From the NCBI GenBank assembly GCA_963711735.1, contig CAVQFA010000005.1, forward strand, positions 335,778-371,484: DNA of 35,707 bases, written 5' to 3'. Source of the DNA: Candidatus Gottesmanbacteria bacterium (lineage in GTDB: Bacteria; Patescibacteriota; Microgenomatia; UBA10105; UBA927). Positions 33,334-35,707 of this stretch are shown here, one piece after another. Within the stretch, counting starts at the first letter, position 1. Every line of letters starts with the position of its first letter. The translations under genes and the position numbers were made by a program. The notes beneath the pieces are model-generated. The model had not been told where the DNA came from and made no database searches. It worked only from the letters and a program-made list of their open reading frames with translations.

Positions 33334-35707
33334 CTACTGGAAGAGCCGGATGATGCGCAGGCCCACGGTCGAGTCCGACACGTAGGCGTATCTTCCGCTG
33401 AGGATCACGTCCTGCGGGCTCGATCCCGGCCAGTCGATGGCGCGTATGAGCTTGCCGTCGTTCAGCGCCGTCGGATTCGAGATGTCGACGAAGGCGAGGC
33501 CGCTGTAGGGGTCACCCGCGTAGGCGTAGTCGCCAGAGGCGGCGATCCCCCTGGGCGCGCCGGTACTGGAGCCCGCAACCGTGTCGCAGGGCCCGTATAC
33601 GGTCTTGTAGGCGCCGCTGGAAGGGTTGATGTTGACGGCCCAGACTCCCGTGCCGCCTGTGAACTCGTCGCTCACAAAGGCGTAGTCGCCCGCGAGCGAC
33701 AGATGCTGCAGCATCATGCCAAAGGCGACTCGGGCCACGAGCGTCGGCAGGATGGGATTGCCCGCGTCGATGATCTTGAGGTCGTTGGGCTGGAAGTAGG
33801 CGCCTTCGCTGGCGTAGACGTAACGGCCCCTGACCGCGACGTCCTGGATCCCGCCCTGGCCGTCGGCGTCGAAGAAACCGACGCCGACGGGCTCGTCGGG
33901 TCGGCGATGTCGTAGATCTGCACTCCCGTGCTGCCCGCCAGGTAGGCGTAGTCGCCCTTGACTGCAATGCGGTGCACGCTGCCGGAGATGACGGCGCTGC
34001 GCCCGCCGCCGCGGGCGCCGAGGCGTTGGCGATGTCCACGACGCTCAGGCCGTTGGCGCCGGCTGCGACAAAGGCATAGGGGCCCGAGAGCGCCACGGCT
34101 GCGGCGCCTGGGATGGCGACAGGCGCCGCCGGCCACGGGCACAGGAGCCGCCGGGTTGGAGACGTTCAGGATCTGCAGCTGCGAGGGGCCGCCCGTGGCG
34201 GCATAGAGGTAGGGACCGCGCACCACGGCCGCCGTCATCCCGTAGCGCCCGCCCGCGTCGTAGGACCCGGCGATCGCCGGGCTGTTGGGCAGCGCGAGGT
34301 CGACGGACTGGAACCCGAGGTTCCCCGAGGCGACAAAGGCGTGACTGCCGTCGGCGGCGACGCCGCTGGAGGCGCCCGGCGTGTTCCAGAAGCCCGCGAG
34401 GCTTGGGGCGCCGGGCGCGGCGACGTTGACCGCCTGCAGGCCCCGGCCGTCGGCGAGGTAGGCCGTGGTCCCGGCGACCGCGATGTCGGCTATGTCGCCG
34501 CTGGCGCCCCCCCACTCGCCGACCTTGGCAAGGGCGGAGGGATAGCGACTGAGCACGAGCAGCGCGTACGGGGGCGGCGGCTCGAGAAAGGCCTTCGCCA
34601 TGGACAGCGTGTAGACGTAACTGCCGCTCACGGTCACGTAGCTCGGGCCGGTAGTTCCCGTCGGAATGAGACCTGTAGGGAAGTAGATCGTCGCGGTCGG
34701 GACGTGCAGGTAGAGGACTCCAGCAGCAGGTCGGTGTTCGTGGTGGTGAGATAGAGAAAGGCAGGTCCGCCGAGTGGAGTTGGCGTCGATGATCCTGAAC
34801 CTGGTAGGTGCGTCCGCCCGGGTGAGTCGTCGACATGAGCGTCATCTTCGGCTTGCCCGCACCGTCCAGGGCGACGTTCAGGGCGAGCACGCTGGCGGCG
34901 CCGAGCCGTCGATGACGTAGGCGCGGCCGGCCTCGGACGCCAGGAGACCGCGATCGCGTCGCCGAGGGCGCCCGCGTAGGTGGCCGCCACATTCGGCCGC
35001 AGCGGGTTGGAGATGTCGACGGCACGCACCTTGCCGCTCCCGTCGGCCACAAAGGCGTACCTGGTCCCGCCGCCGTAGTCGTAGAGGTCGACGTCCTTGG
35101 CGTTGGTCGTGGCCACGCTTGCGACGACGGTCGGGCTCGGCGGGTTGGAGACGTCGACGACGAGGAGGCCGGACGAACCGGCCGCCACGTAGGCGTAGCC
35201 GCCCGAGACCTTGACCTTGTTCGCAGGCCCCGGCGTTCCTGTGGTGACGATGCCGGACTCGGAGGTTGCCGGGATCTGGAACGTCTGCGCCGCGTTGGCT
35301 GCGCTCTCGATGCTGCCGCTCTGGGCCGGCCGGACCTTGTAGTAGTACCACTGGTCGTCCGACACGCCGGTGTCGACAAAGCTGTTGCCCTGGATGATGC
35401 CCGTGTAGTTCTCGAAGGGCCCGGCGGGGCTGGTCGAGCGGAGGACCTCGAACTGGCTTGTCGCCGCGATCTCGGCCCATTCGAGGCGGATCTCGCGGTA
35501 GCCGCCGGTGACAAGGGGCGCCAGCGTCATCTGCGAGAGGGGGATGACCGACACGTAGCTGGAGTAGCGGGCGCTGCCGCCGGGCATGCTGCCTTGAGCA
35601 GGAAGATGTGCGGGGCGCCGTTCTTGAGACCCGTCAGGAGGTGCGAGGTCGCCGGCACCGCGAGACGCTCTTCCCGTAGGTCTCGGTCGGCAGCGTGCCG
35701 TTGCTCG
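33334..35707 (-). CDS. LVIVD-repeat beta-propeller protein with fibronectin-III-like domain; 5' end outside the window, frameshifted
   Basis: Many V.VSG.YAYVA.G..GL.VVDVSNP repeats. FN3-like LEW...FEVLRS...FVDTGV...YYYKV. Confidence 0.8.

Noticed and set aside
19694-35707. Genomic island, programmed frameshifting or alternative genetic code
   Set aside because: There are no mobility genes or boundary repeats. The breaks are frame changes at arbitrary positions, not in-frame stops or slippery heptamers.

Overview
The window joins two unrelated genomes at a 6-bp TCCGGA overlap (19688-19693). The left part (1-~19690, roughly 40% GC by eye, almost free of frameshifts) looks like a CPR/Patescibacteria (Microgenomates-like) chromosome. 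It carries the tgt 3' end, a small Lys-rich ORF, a LytR_C membrane protein, a TPR protein, yebC, a polytopic membrane protein, a 1.35-kb non-coding region, a TIM-barrel protein, a Xer-type tyrosine recombinase, an Ntn-hydrolase, a Ddl-like ATP-grasp ligase, a C39-like peptidase, folD, gyrB-hppA-gyrA, a holB-like gene and a PilB/GspE ATPase cut inside its Walker A motif. The right part (~19690-35707, roughly 70% GC, many single-base frameshifts) looks spirochaete-like. It carries a sugar ABC ATPase cut inside its signature motif, a Gfo/Idh/MocA oxidoreductase, a sugar isomerase, a GH29 fucosidase, a DRE-TIM enzyme, an M3 oligoendopeptidase, a large Ig-repeat lipoprotein, a transglutaminase-like/TPR protein and an LVIVD-repeat protein. 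The most notable unexplained structure is in the 4018-5373 non-coding region: seven co-oriented, gap-free 40-bp bipartite units (a 9-bp box plus a 20-bp dyad) separated by unique 36-74 bp spacers. They lie just upstream of a near-palindromic 11-6-11 dif-like site, whose half-site recurs over the -10 of the Xer gene promoter. Taxonomic assignments are inferred from gene content and composition, not from searches.
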